Positions 17,709 to 26,942 of a stretch of DNA of 64,000 nt are shown here, in pieces (the first letter of the stretch is position 1; each line of letters begins with the position of its first letter). Both the position numbers and the translations under genes were made by a program. Source of the DNA: an uncultured Dehalococcoidia bacterium (GTDB lineage Bacteria; Chloroflexota; Dehalococcoidia; DSTF01; JACRBR01); assembly GCA_964599885.1 (NCBI GenBank), contig CAZRHH010000011.1:1998-65997 (forward strand), in the 5' to 3' direction. The notes under the pieces were generated by a model. The model was given only the letters and a program-made list of their open reading frames with translations. It did not search any database and was not told where the DNA came from.

Positions 17709-18338
17709 ATGTCAGTAGCAACACGCCCTAGTGAAAGGAGCCTCTGCTTGAACAGTCGTGCCACCATCAGTCACGCCAAGGTCGGCGGCAGCGAGTACGG
17801 TCGGGAAAGCATCCTGACCCTCACACTCGATGTTCGTTTGCCGACCCCCGTCGAAGTCCGCAGCCTCAATGAATGGGCTGGTTCGGAACTCGACTGGGAG
17901 ACGCGCCAACAGATCGCCAAGGCCCAGCAACGCCGCCGCAGTAACACCAAAAACGGCAAGCTGACCAAGGCGCAGAAGAAGGCGCAAGAAGAGTCGCACG
18001 AGCAGGAAATGGAGTGCTCGGTCGCTTCGTGCGAGAACTGCTACCCGGACGGCGCCACGGACGCGCTGATCTGCTTGGAGCACCGTCTCCCCTGGCAAGA
18101 GTGTCAGGACTGCGACGGTGAAGGAGCGATCTTCCTCGACGGCGAGGACATCAAATGCCTCCGTACCAAGTACGAGGACTACGTCGAGACGCAAGCCGGT
18201 TTCAATCGCGAAGCCATCATGGCTGCCCAGGAAGCCGCGCTGTTCCTCCTGCTCATCAAGAAGCCGGTGCACCTAACCATCGCGCCGGCACAGCAGGCGT
18301 TTGCTGACCTGCTCCAACTATCAGCACCCATCGCCTAG
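17709..18338 (+). CDS. Hypothetical Cys-rich protein
   Basis: 209-aa ORF with a Cys cluster CSVASCENCYPDG ... CLEH ... CQDCDGEG. The start is uncertain. Confidence 0.3.
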   Translation: MSVATRPSERSLCLNSRATISHAKVGGSEYGRESILTLTLDVRLPTPVEVRSLNEWAGSELDWETRQQIAKAQQRRRSNTKNGKLTKAQKKAQEESHEQEMECSVASCENCYPDGATDALICLEHRLPWQECQDCDGEGAIFLDGEDIKCLRTKYEDYVETQAGFNREAIMAAQEAALFLLLIKKPVHLTIAPAQQAFADLLQLSAPIA

Positions 18339-18591
18339 AGAAAGGAAGTATCCGTTGCCACGCAACGAGAACGAAGAGGAAGCGCCTCGGGAACCCCGTA
18401 ACTGGACCGAGTGGCGCGAGGAAGCCAGCCAAGCCTTGAGCGAACTCGATCGAGCGCTCGCCCAGGCCCGGCAGGTCATCTACCGACTCCGACCAATGGT
18501 ACGTCCCAAGAACGAGCAGCAGCCGACCGAAGAGCGGTCCGAACGCCCAGCACCGACGGTGCAATTTCAGCGGCGCGGACGCAACGGTCGA

Positions 18592-18917
18592 TGAACGCCG
18601 CTCACCCGGGAACCTTCTGGTCACTGTCGTTCACGTTCAATGACTGGGAGCTCGCCGGCAAAGCCTACGAGCAAAGTCGCGATCTGATCTTCGGCCTCGA
18701 CATGGACGCGTCGGCCTACCGGATTCTCCTGAACGGTCGGGCATACGTCGTCAACGTTGGTGCTGGAGTTCCCGAGCAAGCTCTAGTCGGCAAGCTCAAG
18801 GTCATCTGTCAGAAAGGAGAAGAGTCTCCCCTTGCCGATGAAGTTGCGCTCACGCTCGCTGTAAGACACGAGCAGTTTCGCGCAACCAACGGAACAAGAT
18901 ACGAGCGCCGAGGCTAA
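18592..18917 (+). CDS. Hypothetical protein
   Basis: ATG 18592 lies inside the longer ORF 18411..18917. A terminator hairpin follows. Confidence 0.3.
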
Positions 18918-18936
18918 CCCTAGACGCTCACCAATA

Positions 18937-18977
18937 GCCCGCTGTTTCTCTTCGTACAGAACAGCGGGCTTCTTTCC
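18937..18977 (+). terminator. Rho-independent terminator-like hairpin
   Basis: GCCCGCTGTT ... AACAGCGGGC makes a 10-bp stem, followed by CTTCTTTCC. Confidence 0.5.
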
Positions 18978-19082
18978 AAGCACCTCAAGACGATCACTAG
19001 CAACGACGCACGGGGACAGTCTGCCGGACTGCTCTAAGCATCGCGTCGCCCAAGCCAACACCACGACAAGGAGGATTGGAAG

Positions 19083-19313
19083 TTGAACCAAAACGTTCGC
19101 GTTTGCGACTCATGTCTCGACGCCGCGGCCGACGAAGGCTTGGCGCGCGACCACGAAGCCGCCATGTTTTGTATAGAACTCGGCGACGAGCTCGCCGATC
19201 ACCTCTGCGAGGAGATCGAATGTGACGGCATCGCCCGTTGCAGTTGCTCGTGTCACGAGTCTGCGAAGCAAGCACTACGAAGTCACGCCACGGCTCGCGG
19301 AGGCCTGTCATGA
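19083..19313 (+). CDS. Small Cys-rich protein, hypothetical
   Basis: 76 aa with CDSC ... C ... CSCSCH. ATGA overlap with the next gene. Confidence 0.35.
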   Translation: MNQNVRVCDSCLDAAADEGLARDHEAAMFCIELGDELADHLCEEIECDGIARCSCSCHESAKQALRSHATARGGLS

Positions 19314-19603
19314 AGCTTCTTACCACGGAGATCCGTGATGCCTTACCCACGCTCGGCAGCACCGAGACCTTGGGCATGGACGCACCAATCATCGTCAAGT
19401 TCTTCACGCCCACGTCCAGGTGGACCTGGTACGCAACCGAGTTTGATGGCGAGGATCTTTTCTTCGGATTGGTGGACGGGTTGGAAAAGGAGTTCGGCTA
19501 CTTCTCACTCACTGAACTGGAGTCGGTGCACGGTCCCTACGGAGTCGGCATCGAACGTGACCTCTACTTCGGAACGCATCACACGCTGAAGGAGTTCGTT
19601 TGA
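19310..19603 (+). CDS. DUF2958-like small protein, common on conjugative elements
   Basis: IVKFFTPTSRWTWYATEFDGEDLFFGLVDG ... EFGYFSLTELES resembles the DUF2958 family. Confidence 0.45.
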   Translation: MKLLTTEIRDALPTLGSTETLGMDAPIIVKFFTPTSRWTWYATEFDGEDLFFGLVDGLEKEFGYFSLTELESVHGPYGVGIERDLYFGTHHTLKEFV

Positions 19604-19618
19604 ACTAACTTTCAGCAC

Positions 19619-19660
19619 GCCCGCTGTTTCTCTTCGCACAGAGCAGCGGGTCTTTTCTTG
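19619..19660 (+). terminator. Rho-independent terminator-like hairpin, a near-duplicate of the one at 18937
   Basis: CCCGCTG ... CAGCGGG stem followed by TCTTTTCTT. Confidence 0.5.
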
Positions 19661-19700
19661 CGAAGCTTTCAGCACATAGATGCACCGACAGCCGACCTAA

Positions 19701-20607
19701 ATGATCAACCATCTTGACATTTCTGATCTTTCCGTCGTACGATCGATGAAAGCCCTGAAACCTATGTACGAATCGTTCTTTGGTCTCCAGGAGAGGCCGT
19801 TTTCCATCTCACCCGATCCGCGATTCTTCTTCCTTAGCAGTCAGCACAAGGAAGCGCTTGCGAAGTGCCAATACGCCGTTCAAGAGCGGATGGGTCTCAC
19901 CGTCGTCTACGGCGACGTCGGCACCGGCAAAACAACGATCGCGCGGCGCCCTTTTTCAAACCTTCGCCGACAAACCCAACCACAAGATAGCCATGATCAT
20001 CAGCCCGCGTCTCAAGACTGAGAACGCGTTTCTGCGCGAGATCATGAAGGAGTTTGGCGTCGGAACGAAGCAGTCGTTCGCTGACTCGCTCGACCTGTTT
20101 CGCGCGTTCCTCGCTGCCGAATACAAGGCTGGCCGCACCGTAGTCCTCCTGATCGATGAGGCTCAAGGAATACGCAGCGTGAACTTCGAACTCATCCGCA
20201 GTTTGCTCAACTACGAAACGGACAGTCAGAAGCTGCTCAACGTTGTGTTGTTTGGTCAGAACGAACTGGCCACCAAGCTCGATAACCGCCCGGAGCTGAA
20301 GAGCCGCGTCACTATCTTCGGCGCGCTCACTTCCCTCTCGCGCGAGGACACCGAGAGCATGATTCGCTTTCGCTACCGCGTGTCCGGAGGTGAGGACCCG
20401 CCGTTCGCGCCGGCCGCCTACGACGCACTGTTTCGCTACTCGACCGGACTACCACGAATGATCTGCACACTGAGCGACACCGCACTCACGAAGGCTTTCG
20501 TCCGGGAACAGCGGACGATCGACGATGCACTGGTTCGCGCCGCAGCTGAGGAGATGCGCGCGGTCGTCCAGGCAGAGCGCACGGCCAGGGCAAGGAAGGC
20601 CGCATGA
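19701..20607 (+). pseudogene. ExeA/GspA-like AAA ATPase with an apparent 1-nt frameshift near 19940-19950
   Basis: ORF 19701..20021 gives FFGLQERPFSISPDP ... GDVGTGKTTIARR. The +1 frame ORF 19780..20607 continues with LFQTFADKPNHKIAMIISPRL ... VVLLIDEAQ. The two join naturally as one ExeA-like protein if one base is restored in the run GCGCGGCGCC. Confidence 0.5.
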
Positions 20608-20972
20608 GCGACGCGCCCGACGGCACCTTCTCCAAACTAATGGAGTTATCAGAGACGCCGCTCCCTCCTCCACCCGATAAGCCGGCGACGCGTCCCGCAG
20701 CACCTAAGCCAGCTCCGACACCCACTGTAGATCTCCCTGTCAAACCCATCGAGGACGTAGATACCGTGCCTCACATCAGCCAGAACTATCGCTTTACCGA
20801 CGAAGAGCTGCGGTGGTTGCGCGGTCGATCCTTTGACCTGAGCGAACAGCATGGCGCCAAGATTTCTCAGAACACCATCCTTCGCATCGCGCTTCGCGAG
20901 TTACGCGAAGCCTGTGAACGGAACCCGCAGTCCAATCCCCTTTTGAAGAACGTCGCTCGCCTCAAGAAATAA
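20604..20972 (+). CDS. Hypothetical protein with a Pro-rich N-terminus
   Basis: 122 aa. ATGA overlap with the upstream gene. Confidence 0.35.
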   Translation: MSDAPDGTFSKLMELSETPLPPPPDKPATRPAAPKPAPTPTVDLPVKPIEDVDTVPHISQNYRFTDEELRWLRGRSFDLSEQHGAKISQNTILRIALRELREACERNPQSNPLLKNVARLKK

Positions 20973-20990
20973 CCCACACGTTACCGTGCA

Positions 20991-21085
20991 CCCGTCCACC
21001 CGTGGTTGCATGGTTGCGTCCACCCACCCGTCCAACATTGCGTCCACCCGTTGTTGCGTCCACCCAACGACGCGTCCACCCTCCC
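20991..21085 (+). repeat. Iteron-like direct repeats (5 copies of a [C/G]CGTCCACCC core at 16-24 bp spacing)
   Basis: CCGTCCACCCGTGG, GCGTCCACCCACCC, GCGTCCACCCGTTG, GCGTCCACCCAACG, GCGTCCACCCTCCC. The array ends with the inverted segment GTGCAACCGTGGGAGG. It lies immediately upstream of the Rep-like gene. Confidence 0.6.
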
Positions 21086-21134
21086 GTGCAACCGTGGGAG
21101 GATGGTTGTAGACATCGGTGAGACGATGTAAGCA

Positions 21135-21926
21135 ATGGACGAACCAACTATCCGACGACGAAACATGCTCAAGAATCACTACACGATGACGTCCAACGTC
21201 ATCCTCTTCGGCTACGCAGAACTCACCGACAGCGAGAAGCTCACCTACCAGGCGATCGACAGTTTCGACTGGAGTGACGAGGCGGGGAAGCGCAAGGGAT
21301 ACGCGTTCCCGTCGCTGCGCACCTTGGCGCGGCTGCGCGGTGTCGACGAGCGCACGCTGCGTCGGCATGTTGCCGCGCTTGAAGAAGCCGGCTTGTTGCG
21401 CCGCGAACTACGCTCGGGTCAACCGAGTTTGTTGTGGATCGAGGAGCCATCGGAGCAGGAGAGTGAGACGTACTTATCCACAATGGCTATGAGTCCGGAC
21501 ACGGATGTCCGGGGTACCCCGGACACAGATGTCCGCCCTAATGAATCAGAAGAAGAGAAAAAGACAAAACCGTTAACGCTCGCTAAAGCGTTTGAGGGGA
21601 GAAGGGGAGGGAAGCGTTTCCTATCGGCTGAGGAGCGAGCGAAAAGTGAGTGGTTGGCCAACGAGATGGTTCGCGTTTGCGGCGATCCTCATAGTCTAGG
21701 CTTCTATCGGCGCATTGCGCAGAGCGTGCCTGAACATCGGGTATTTGAAGCACTTAGTGAGGTGCGCTTGGCCGACAGTGAAGGCCGCGTTCGGACATCC
21801 AAGGGGGCGCTGTTCGTGGACCTGATCCGAGCGTACCAGGCGACCACGAGGAAGGAGAGACCACAACCTAGTAGCCCGCCACGAGCCGAAGCAGAGATGG
21901 GAGAGAGATTGAAGAGGTCGCTCTGA
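21135..21926 (+). CDS. Replication-initiator-like winged-helix protein
   Basis: N-terminal wHTH-like region GYAFPSLRTLARLRGVDERTLRRHVAALEEAGLLRR. It is preceded by the iterons. An internal tandem PDTDVR/GTPDTDVR repeat is present. Confidence 0.5.
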   Translation: MDEPTIRRRNMLKNHYTMTSNVILFGYAELTDSEKLTYQAIDSFDWSDEAGKRKGYAFPSLRTLARLRGVDERTLRRHVAALEEAGLLRRELRSGQPSLLWIEEPSEQESETYLSTMAMSPDTDVRGTPDTDVRPNESEEEKKTKPLTLAKAFEGRRGGKRFLSAEERAKSEWLANEMVRVCGDPHSLGFYRRIAQSVPEHRVFEALSEVRLADSEGRVRTSKGALFVDLIRAYQATTRKERPQPSSPPRAEAEMGERLKRSL

Positions 21927-22089
21927 TTGGTGTTGCCATCGTTCATGGCCACCAACGAGGAAAGATCGAAATTGAACGCGAACACGGCTGCGTCTTCTTC
22001 GTCCGATCGCGCCGCCGATCCTACCTGTGGTCTTCCTGAATACTTTCGGTGACCGGCAGAACGAACAGGGTCGCCTGCCGGTTGGCACT

Positions 22090-22851
22090 ATGCTTACGGC
22101 TGATCCTAGTGAGATATTCCAATCCGGCCGTTTCTTTTTCGATGAATGGAGCAAGGCATTGAACCAGCGGATCGCGTTCCTAGACGTTGAAGGCACGCTT
22201 CTAAGGCGCGCCATCCACCTCGACAACGGCAAGGTGGCGCCAAGCGCCTGGACTCTCATCGCCGAGATCCTAGGCCCTGACGCCCTTCGCGAGGAAGAGG
22301 AGACTAAGGATCGATGGAATGACGGAAAGTACAGCGGATACATCGAATGGATGCGCGAGACGATCCGCATTCATCAGAAGTATGGACTGACCGTAGAAGC
22401 GTTCAACGAAGCTCTCGATGCGGTAGAGCCCATGCCGGGCGCGGCTCAAACGGTCGCCCAGCTACATACACGCGGATACGTAACCGCGATGATCTCCGGA
22501 GGGTTCAAGCGCCTTGTAGACAGGTTGCAGCGTTCGTTCCGCATCGACCACGCGCTTGCAGGCTGTGAGTACTTCTTCGATGATGCTGGACAGTTAGAAC
22601 ACTGGAACTTGATGCCGGCGGACTACGAGGGCAAGGTTGAGTTCATGCATGCGCTGATTAGAGAATACGGTACTGGGAGCGAGCACTGCATCTTCGTCGG
22701 GGACGGGCCCAACGATGTTGCGCTTGCAAAGGCGGTCGGAGTGTCTATCTGTTTCAATGGGCCGAAGATGCTGAGTGAGGTCACCACTCATTCCGTCATT
22801 CAGTCATTGGGGGAAGAAGACCTGACAGCTATTCTGAAATACGTTCACTAG
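22090..22851 (+). CDS. HAD-superfamily hydrolase (SerB-like fold)
   Basis: HAD motif I-like FLDVEGTL and motif IV FVGDGPNDVALAKAVGVSI. An alternative longer start lies at 22027. Confidence 0.55.
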   Translation: MLTADPSEIFQSGRFFFDEWSKALNQRIAFLDVEGTLLRRAIHLDNGKVAPSAWTLIAEILGPDALREEEETKDRWNDGKYSGYIEWMRETIRIHQKYGLTVEAFNEALDAVEPMPGAAQTVAQLHTRGYVTAMISGGFKRLVDRLQRSFRIDHALAGCEYFFDDAGQLEHWNLMPADYEGKVEFMHALIREYGTGSEHCIFVGDGPNDVALAKAVGVSICFNGPKMLSEVTTHSVIQSLGEEDLTAILKYVH

Positions 22852-23092
22852 CGCTGTCGTCGCCAGCGAGTTGAATGGTCCAGAATTTTAACCCAAGGCG
22901 TTCGCCGGCCTGTCGCAACGCAGCGGAGCCCTGAACGGCTTCCTGGATTAGACGCTCGAAATCTAGATCTCGAGTTGGCGGCGTCATTGCGTCGTAATCG
23001 TCGGCAATGAACATCTTCACGTTGTTCGATTCGCTGGGAGGAGTGTCCTCGCTAAATCGTCGAAGTGCCATCGAACCTCCTTTGGGCTGGAG

Positions 23093-24205
23093 TCATAGTA
23101 GCTTATGCAGAAACTCACCGATCTGCTCGGCAATTAACTTGAGGTCATTTCGAGTTCGGGGCGTGTCTAGCTCTCCCTCCGTCTTGCTCTGGCCAATACA
23201 GTCAATATTCAATACACCACTCATTCGAAAACGCATCCGATCGTCGAAGTCGGGGATTGGCGCGGAGAGGATCCACCGCAAGTCCGGGTGAGCTTTCTTC
23301 AGTTCGGCCTCAGGAATCGGATGATTGAGCCATCCGGGCTCGAACAGAGCTACTACCATCTTGCGTTCTTTGAAGGCGACACCAGCAGCTCCCTGCCCGA
23401 TCGGAATCCTAATATCCAACTCGTCTCCATCGCTGCTCGAATGAAATCGCCCCGACGGGAATCCGAGGCCGATTGGAATGTACAAATCGTCCTTTAGCGT
23501 TGGGACCATCACATTAGCTCTCAGCGCCGTCGACGAGATGCCTAGTGAATTTGCAATCTGCCGCACCCCCACATCGAGTACGCGTCTCAATGCTTCCTGG
23601 TCTTCGTCGCAGAGATTGAGCTGCTTTAGGAATGGAAACCAAGAGCCCTCGCAGTGGCCGGGTTGGAAGAAGTCGCTGTGCCTGTAGTGTCGGAACTGCA
23701 CCTCGTTCACGATCCTGAGAGACTCTTGCTCAAATCCTCTTCGGCCTGAGGGGCCTGCGTCTTTGATGACGAGGTGCATATACTTGGTGATCCCAGCCCA
23801 GAAGTCCTCGCCGCCAATTTCGTTGCGAAGCGAACCGAGTTGATGTCGACCGAGGACCGTACTCCAGTCGAAAGCTGGATCGACAATCGAGCCGCAGAAG
23901 ATTACGTTGTCCAAGCGAACCTGTGAGTACTTCTTCAGAGCGCTGGCGATCAAGAACGTCCCGAAGCTGTGCGCGATCACGGATACCCGGTCAACGCCCT
24001 CTTTCTTCCGGATGTCTTGTATCTCGTTGTTTAGCCAGTCCACCTTCGCGGAGCGTTCTTTGTCTCGCATGAGTTGCCACTTGCTGAACTTTCCGTAGTC
24101 CAAGAGATACGGGGTCATGCCGAAATGACAGAGTAGCGGAGCCACTTGTTTCTGCCAGAGCCCTGTGGTTTCAATCCCGTGCAAGGTCACTACGACGCGG
24201 TTCAT
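23093..24205 (-). CDS. Alpha/beta-hydrolase (GxSxG) fused to a C-terminal GAF-like domain
   Basis: The nucleophile elbow is VIAHSFGT. The C-terminal half has IGQGAAGVAFKERKMVV, typical of GAF small-molecule-binding domains. Confidence 0.55.
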   Translation of the reverse strand: MNRVVVTLHGIETTGLWQKQVAPLLCHFGMTPYLLDYGKFSKWQLMRDKERSAKVDWLNNEIQDIRKKEGVDRVSVIAHSFGTFLIASALKKYSQVRLDNVIFCGSIVDPAFDWSTVLGRHQLGSLRNEIGGEDFWAGITKYMHLVIKDAGPSGRRGFEQESLRIVNEVQFRHYRHSDFFQPGHCEGSWFPFLKQLNLCDEDQEALRRVLDVGVRQIANSLGISSTALRANVMVPTLKDDLYIPIGLGFPSGRFHSSSDGDELDIRIPIGQGAAGVAFKERKMVVALFEPGWLNHPIPEAELKKAHPDLRWILSAPIPDFDDRMRFRMSGVLNIDCIGQSKTEGELDTPRTRNDLKLIAEQIGEFLHKLL

Positions 24206-24600
24206 AGCTTGAATCCGTCGGGCAAGAGTTGCGCCAGGGGGGTCGACCTCACCCTATCTCCCGCTCTCGTCAACACCGTAATGTCCGGAGCAAACTCATA
24301 AAGGACCTGTCTGCAAGCGCCACATGGACTGCATCCGCCGGCACCATCGCATACGACCGCGATTGCATCGAATGACCGTACGCCCTCCGACACGGCCTTG
24401 AATACTGCGACTCTCTCCGCGCAGACCGTCAGGCCAAACGAACTATTCTCCACGTTCGTGCCAGTGTAGACCTCGCCTGCGACAGTCTTCAGAGCAGCGC
24501 CCACCTTGATCTTCGAAAACGGAGCATATGCCAGCCGCGCCGCATCCGCGGCTTGCGCTAGGAGCGAGAGCTGCTCAGCATCTGATCGCTGCTTGCTCAT
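24202..24600 (-). CDS. cdd: Cytidine deaminase (homotetrameric Cdd type)
   Basis: Zinc ligand motifs TVCAERVAVFKAV and SPCGACRQVL. GGAGG RBS upstream of the ATG at complement 24600. The longer ORF start is unlikely. Confidence 0.75.
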   Translation of the reverse strand: MSKQRSDAEQLSLLAQAADAARLAYAPFSKIKVGAALKTVAGEVYTGTNVENSSFGLTVCAERVAVFKAVSEGVRSFDAIAVVCDGAGGCSPCGACRQVLYEFAPDITVLTRAGDRVRSTPLAQLLPDGFKL

Positions 24601-24710
24601 TGTGCCGCCTCCTTTTGCCCTGCCTCCGGATGCATGCCCGAAGGGCAAGACGAACTGTTTGACACGAACCTCACGGGCAATGAGAGCTGGGACAGCGTCC
24701 CTTCGGCTGC

Positions 24711-26381
24711 CTATGATATCTGTGTTTTCCGAAGAACGGTTGGTTGATAGGGAGTATCGCCGCGGACTGCGATTGGGGATGCAAGCGTCGATTCGAAGCT
24801 GCTGCGGCCTGAGGTGTTCGGTGGCATCGAAAAGAAGAGGCCAGGTAGGCGGACCGTGATGAAATCGTCGTCCTCTGGTGAAGAGGTTTCTTCGAACACC
24901 ACCTCAGCTAGAACCCGCAGATCATCGAACCGCGTAGTCGGCGGATGTTCTGCGAACAGCTCGGTAACCCAGACATAGCGAGAATACTGTTGGCCCCTAT
25001 AGAGTTCAGCCAGATCCTTTGAGAGGCCGGCTACGGCTTTTGGGTCAAGATTCCGTCGAAAGTCGTTCGAGGACGCGAGAAACGTTCGGATACGAAGAAC
25101 AGCCTTAGGCAGCAAGCTCACATCTACTTGCTTGAGCGCCTTCAGTAGGATCCTCCAACCTTTGATCGAGGCCAGTTCCGGGGGAAGATCCACGCCGGAC
25201 AGGAGTGGCCCGATGATTCGGAGCACCGTCGTGTCCTTGTAGAACTTTCGAACCTCCTTAGTCAATTCGGCTGGAAGGTTCGAGGTGATGACTCGAAGCC
25301 TGGGGAACCCCTCGCTCCTCGCGTTCGCCGCAGAGAGCTCGAATTCCAGGTATGGACCCATTTGGTCGCAGTGCCCGATAAATCTCGGACACCATGCGCT
25401 CGAGTCAGCAACTGTCCGTTCTTTGGGATCTTTTGGAATGGGCGCTGCAAAGGCCGCGTCGTAGGTGTGTCCGACGACCGTCATCGCGTGGCGTGAACCG
25501 TCTGCGAGCCCCAGTACCAAGATGACTGGCAATCCCGACTCTACGTAGCTGTAAATCGTCTTCTCCGCCTGCTTATGGGCGCTCGGCTTCGCAAAATTGT
25601 GATCGACATAGGCGTAAGTCTTCGGAGCGAGACCGAGTTCGTGCAATGCCCAAAGCATCTGCTCTACCGTGAGTCCGTCCCTTGCGGGGAACGGTCCACC
25701 GCCAGTTCCAAGTGAGTATCGCGTCGCACGCTCAGTGATTTCGGCAGTCGAAGCCGAACGGGCTGGATCCGGGAAGCAACTCTCCAAGATCGACGACGTC
25801 ATCCAGAGCGCTGCCGTGGCACACGCCGCGACACGATGATCTTGTTCGATAAAGGGAGCGCCATGAGTGACGAGACGGTTTCCGACGAGGTTGACCTCAG
25901 CAGGGCGTTGGCAAGTTACGAAGGCAGCAGCATCTAGCGCGGGCAAGATGTACGTTCGGCCAAGAGTTCGGGGTTCTACTGGACTGGTTACAGCATAGCC
26001 TTGATAGACTCGCTGTAACCGTTTCTCGCGGAACAAATCACCGAAGGTTACCCGTTCCTTAAAGAAGTGATAGCGCGTTGTTCGACGCGGATAATCTCTA
26101 AATGCTTTGGCGTACGCCTTCGCGTACGCCTCGACATAATTGCGATCCACGTATTCTTCGGCAATGATGCACGCCGTCCCAATTGATCTGGTGCCTGAGG
26201 GCAGCACCATCGATAAGAGATTCACGAACGCTGCACCGCGTTCGGCGGAAAGAAGATCTAGCGTAGCGCCGGTGATCAAGTCCTTCTTGATTCCGGTCAT
26301 CTCCTCGACGTATTCACGGATGTCCGATGGATCGTCGAGATCATAGATGCGAAGTAGTGGGAACCGGGGATGGGTTCGCAT
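24711..26381 (-). CDS. Large protein with a papain-like (C39-like) Cys/His signature in the N-terminal half
   Basis: The motif QDHRVAACATAALWM followed by MTVVGHTYD is compatible with a papain-fold cysteine peptidase or transglutaminase-like core. The C-terminal 250 aa are unassigned. Confidence 0.45.
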   Translation of the reverse strand: MRTHPRFPLLRIYDLDDPSDIREYVEEMTGIKKDLITGATLDLLSAERGAAFVNLLSMVLPSGTRSIGTACIIAEEYVDRNYVEAYAKAYAKAFRDYPRRTTRYHFFKERVTFGDLFREKRLQRVYQGYAVTSPVEPRTLGRTYILPALDAAAFVTCQRPAEVNLVGNRLVTHGAPFIEQDHRVAACATAALWMTSSILESCFPDPARSASTAEITERATRYSLGTGGGPFPARDGLTVEQMLWALHELGLAPKTYAYVDHNFAKPSAHKQAEKTIYSYVESGLPVILVLGLADGSRHAMTVVGHTYDAAFAAPIPKDPKERTVADSSAWCPRFIGHCDQMGPYLEFELSAANARSEGFPRLRVITSNLPAELTKEVRKFYKDTTVLRIIGPLLSGVDLPPELASIKGWRILLKALKQVDVSLLPKAVLRIRTFLASSNDFRRNLDPKAVAGLSKDLAELYRGQQYSRYVWVTELFAEHPPTTRFDDLRVLAEVVFEETSSPEDDDFITVRLPGLFFSMPPNTSGRSSFESTLASPIAVRGDTPYQPTVLRKTQIS

Positions 26382-26456
26382 GAGACAAGGGCTCCCAAGA
26401 AAAAGAGCTCCTTGCGCACCAAGAAGCTCTATCGGGTGATCCGGATTCTTGCGGAC

Positions 26457-26636
26457 TAGTGGTTTACGACGATCGTGTGATTGTTTCCCGTGGTTGGTGG
26501 ATTGGCAAGCCAGCGGTTTAGTTCGGCATCGAGACGTCGCAATTCGCTCTCGATGAACGAATTCGCAGCACGCACTTCCTCGTCACTATTCCTACGTCGT
26601 TTATTGGACCGGGTTTCCGCCTTTTTAGTGGCCATC
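26457..26636 (-). CDS. Small basic protein (59 aa), hypothetical
   Basis: Absent from the ORF table because it is under 60 aa. The ATG at complement 26636 is preceded by GGAGGAGG. Product is MATKKAETRSNKRRRNSDEEVRAANSFIESELRRLDAELNRWLANPPTTGNNHTIVVNH. Confidence 0.4.
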
Positions 26637-26942
26637 GATGCCTCCTCCAGTCGAAACCTTAATCATCCCTCCGATCAGCCAAAGCCGTCAAGATCGATCA
26701 CTTGTATAAGCAATTATACTAGACCGGACACGCGACCTGTCAAGACTGAACTTGGGACTTGAAGCGATGAACATGGACTTGAGGCAATGATCTAATTCGA
26801 TCGCGACCTAACGGTCAAGACGCCTGCTTGACGGACGAATGGTTCATCGGGCGTCGGCACTCGATCTCGGTGCTCCGGCCCTTCGGAATATCGAGGAGTC
26901 TGGCTCCTAGAGCGACACCGCTCGATCGGTTGTCGCCTCGTG

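Noticed and set aside
20962-21172. Small ORFs translating to GGWT/GWTQ repeats over 20962-21172
   Set aside because: They are a translation artefact of the iteron DNA repeats.
21491-21540. Tandem DNA repeat CCGGACACGGATGTCCGGGGTACCCCGGACACAGATGTCCG inside the Rep-like gene
   Set aside because: It is in-frame and encodes a duplicated PDTDVR(GT) peptide. It is likely a simple coding-sequence duplication, not a regulatory repeat or CRISPR-like array.
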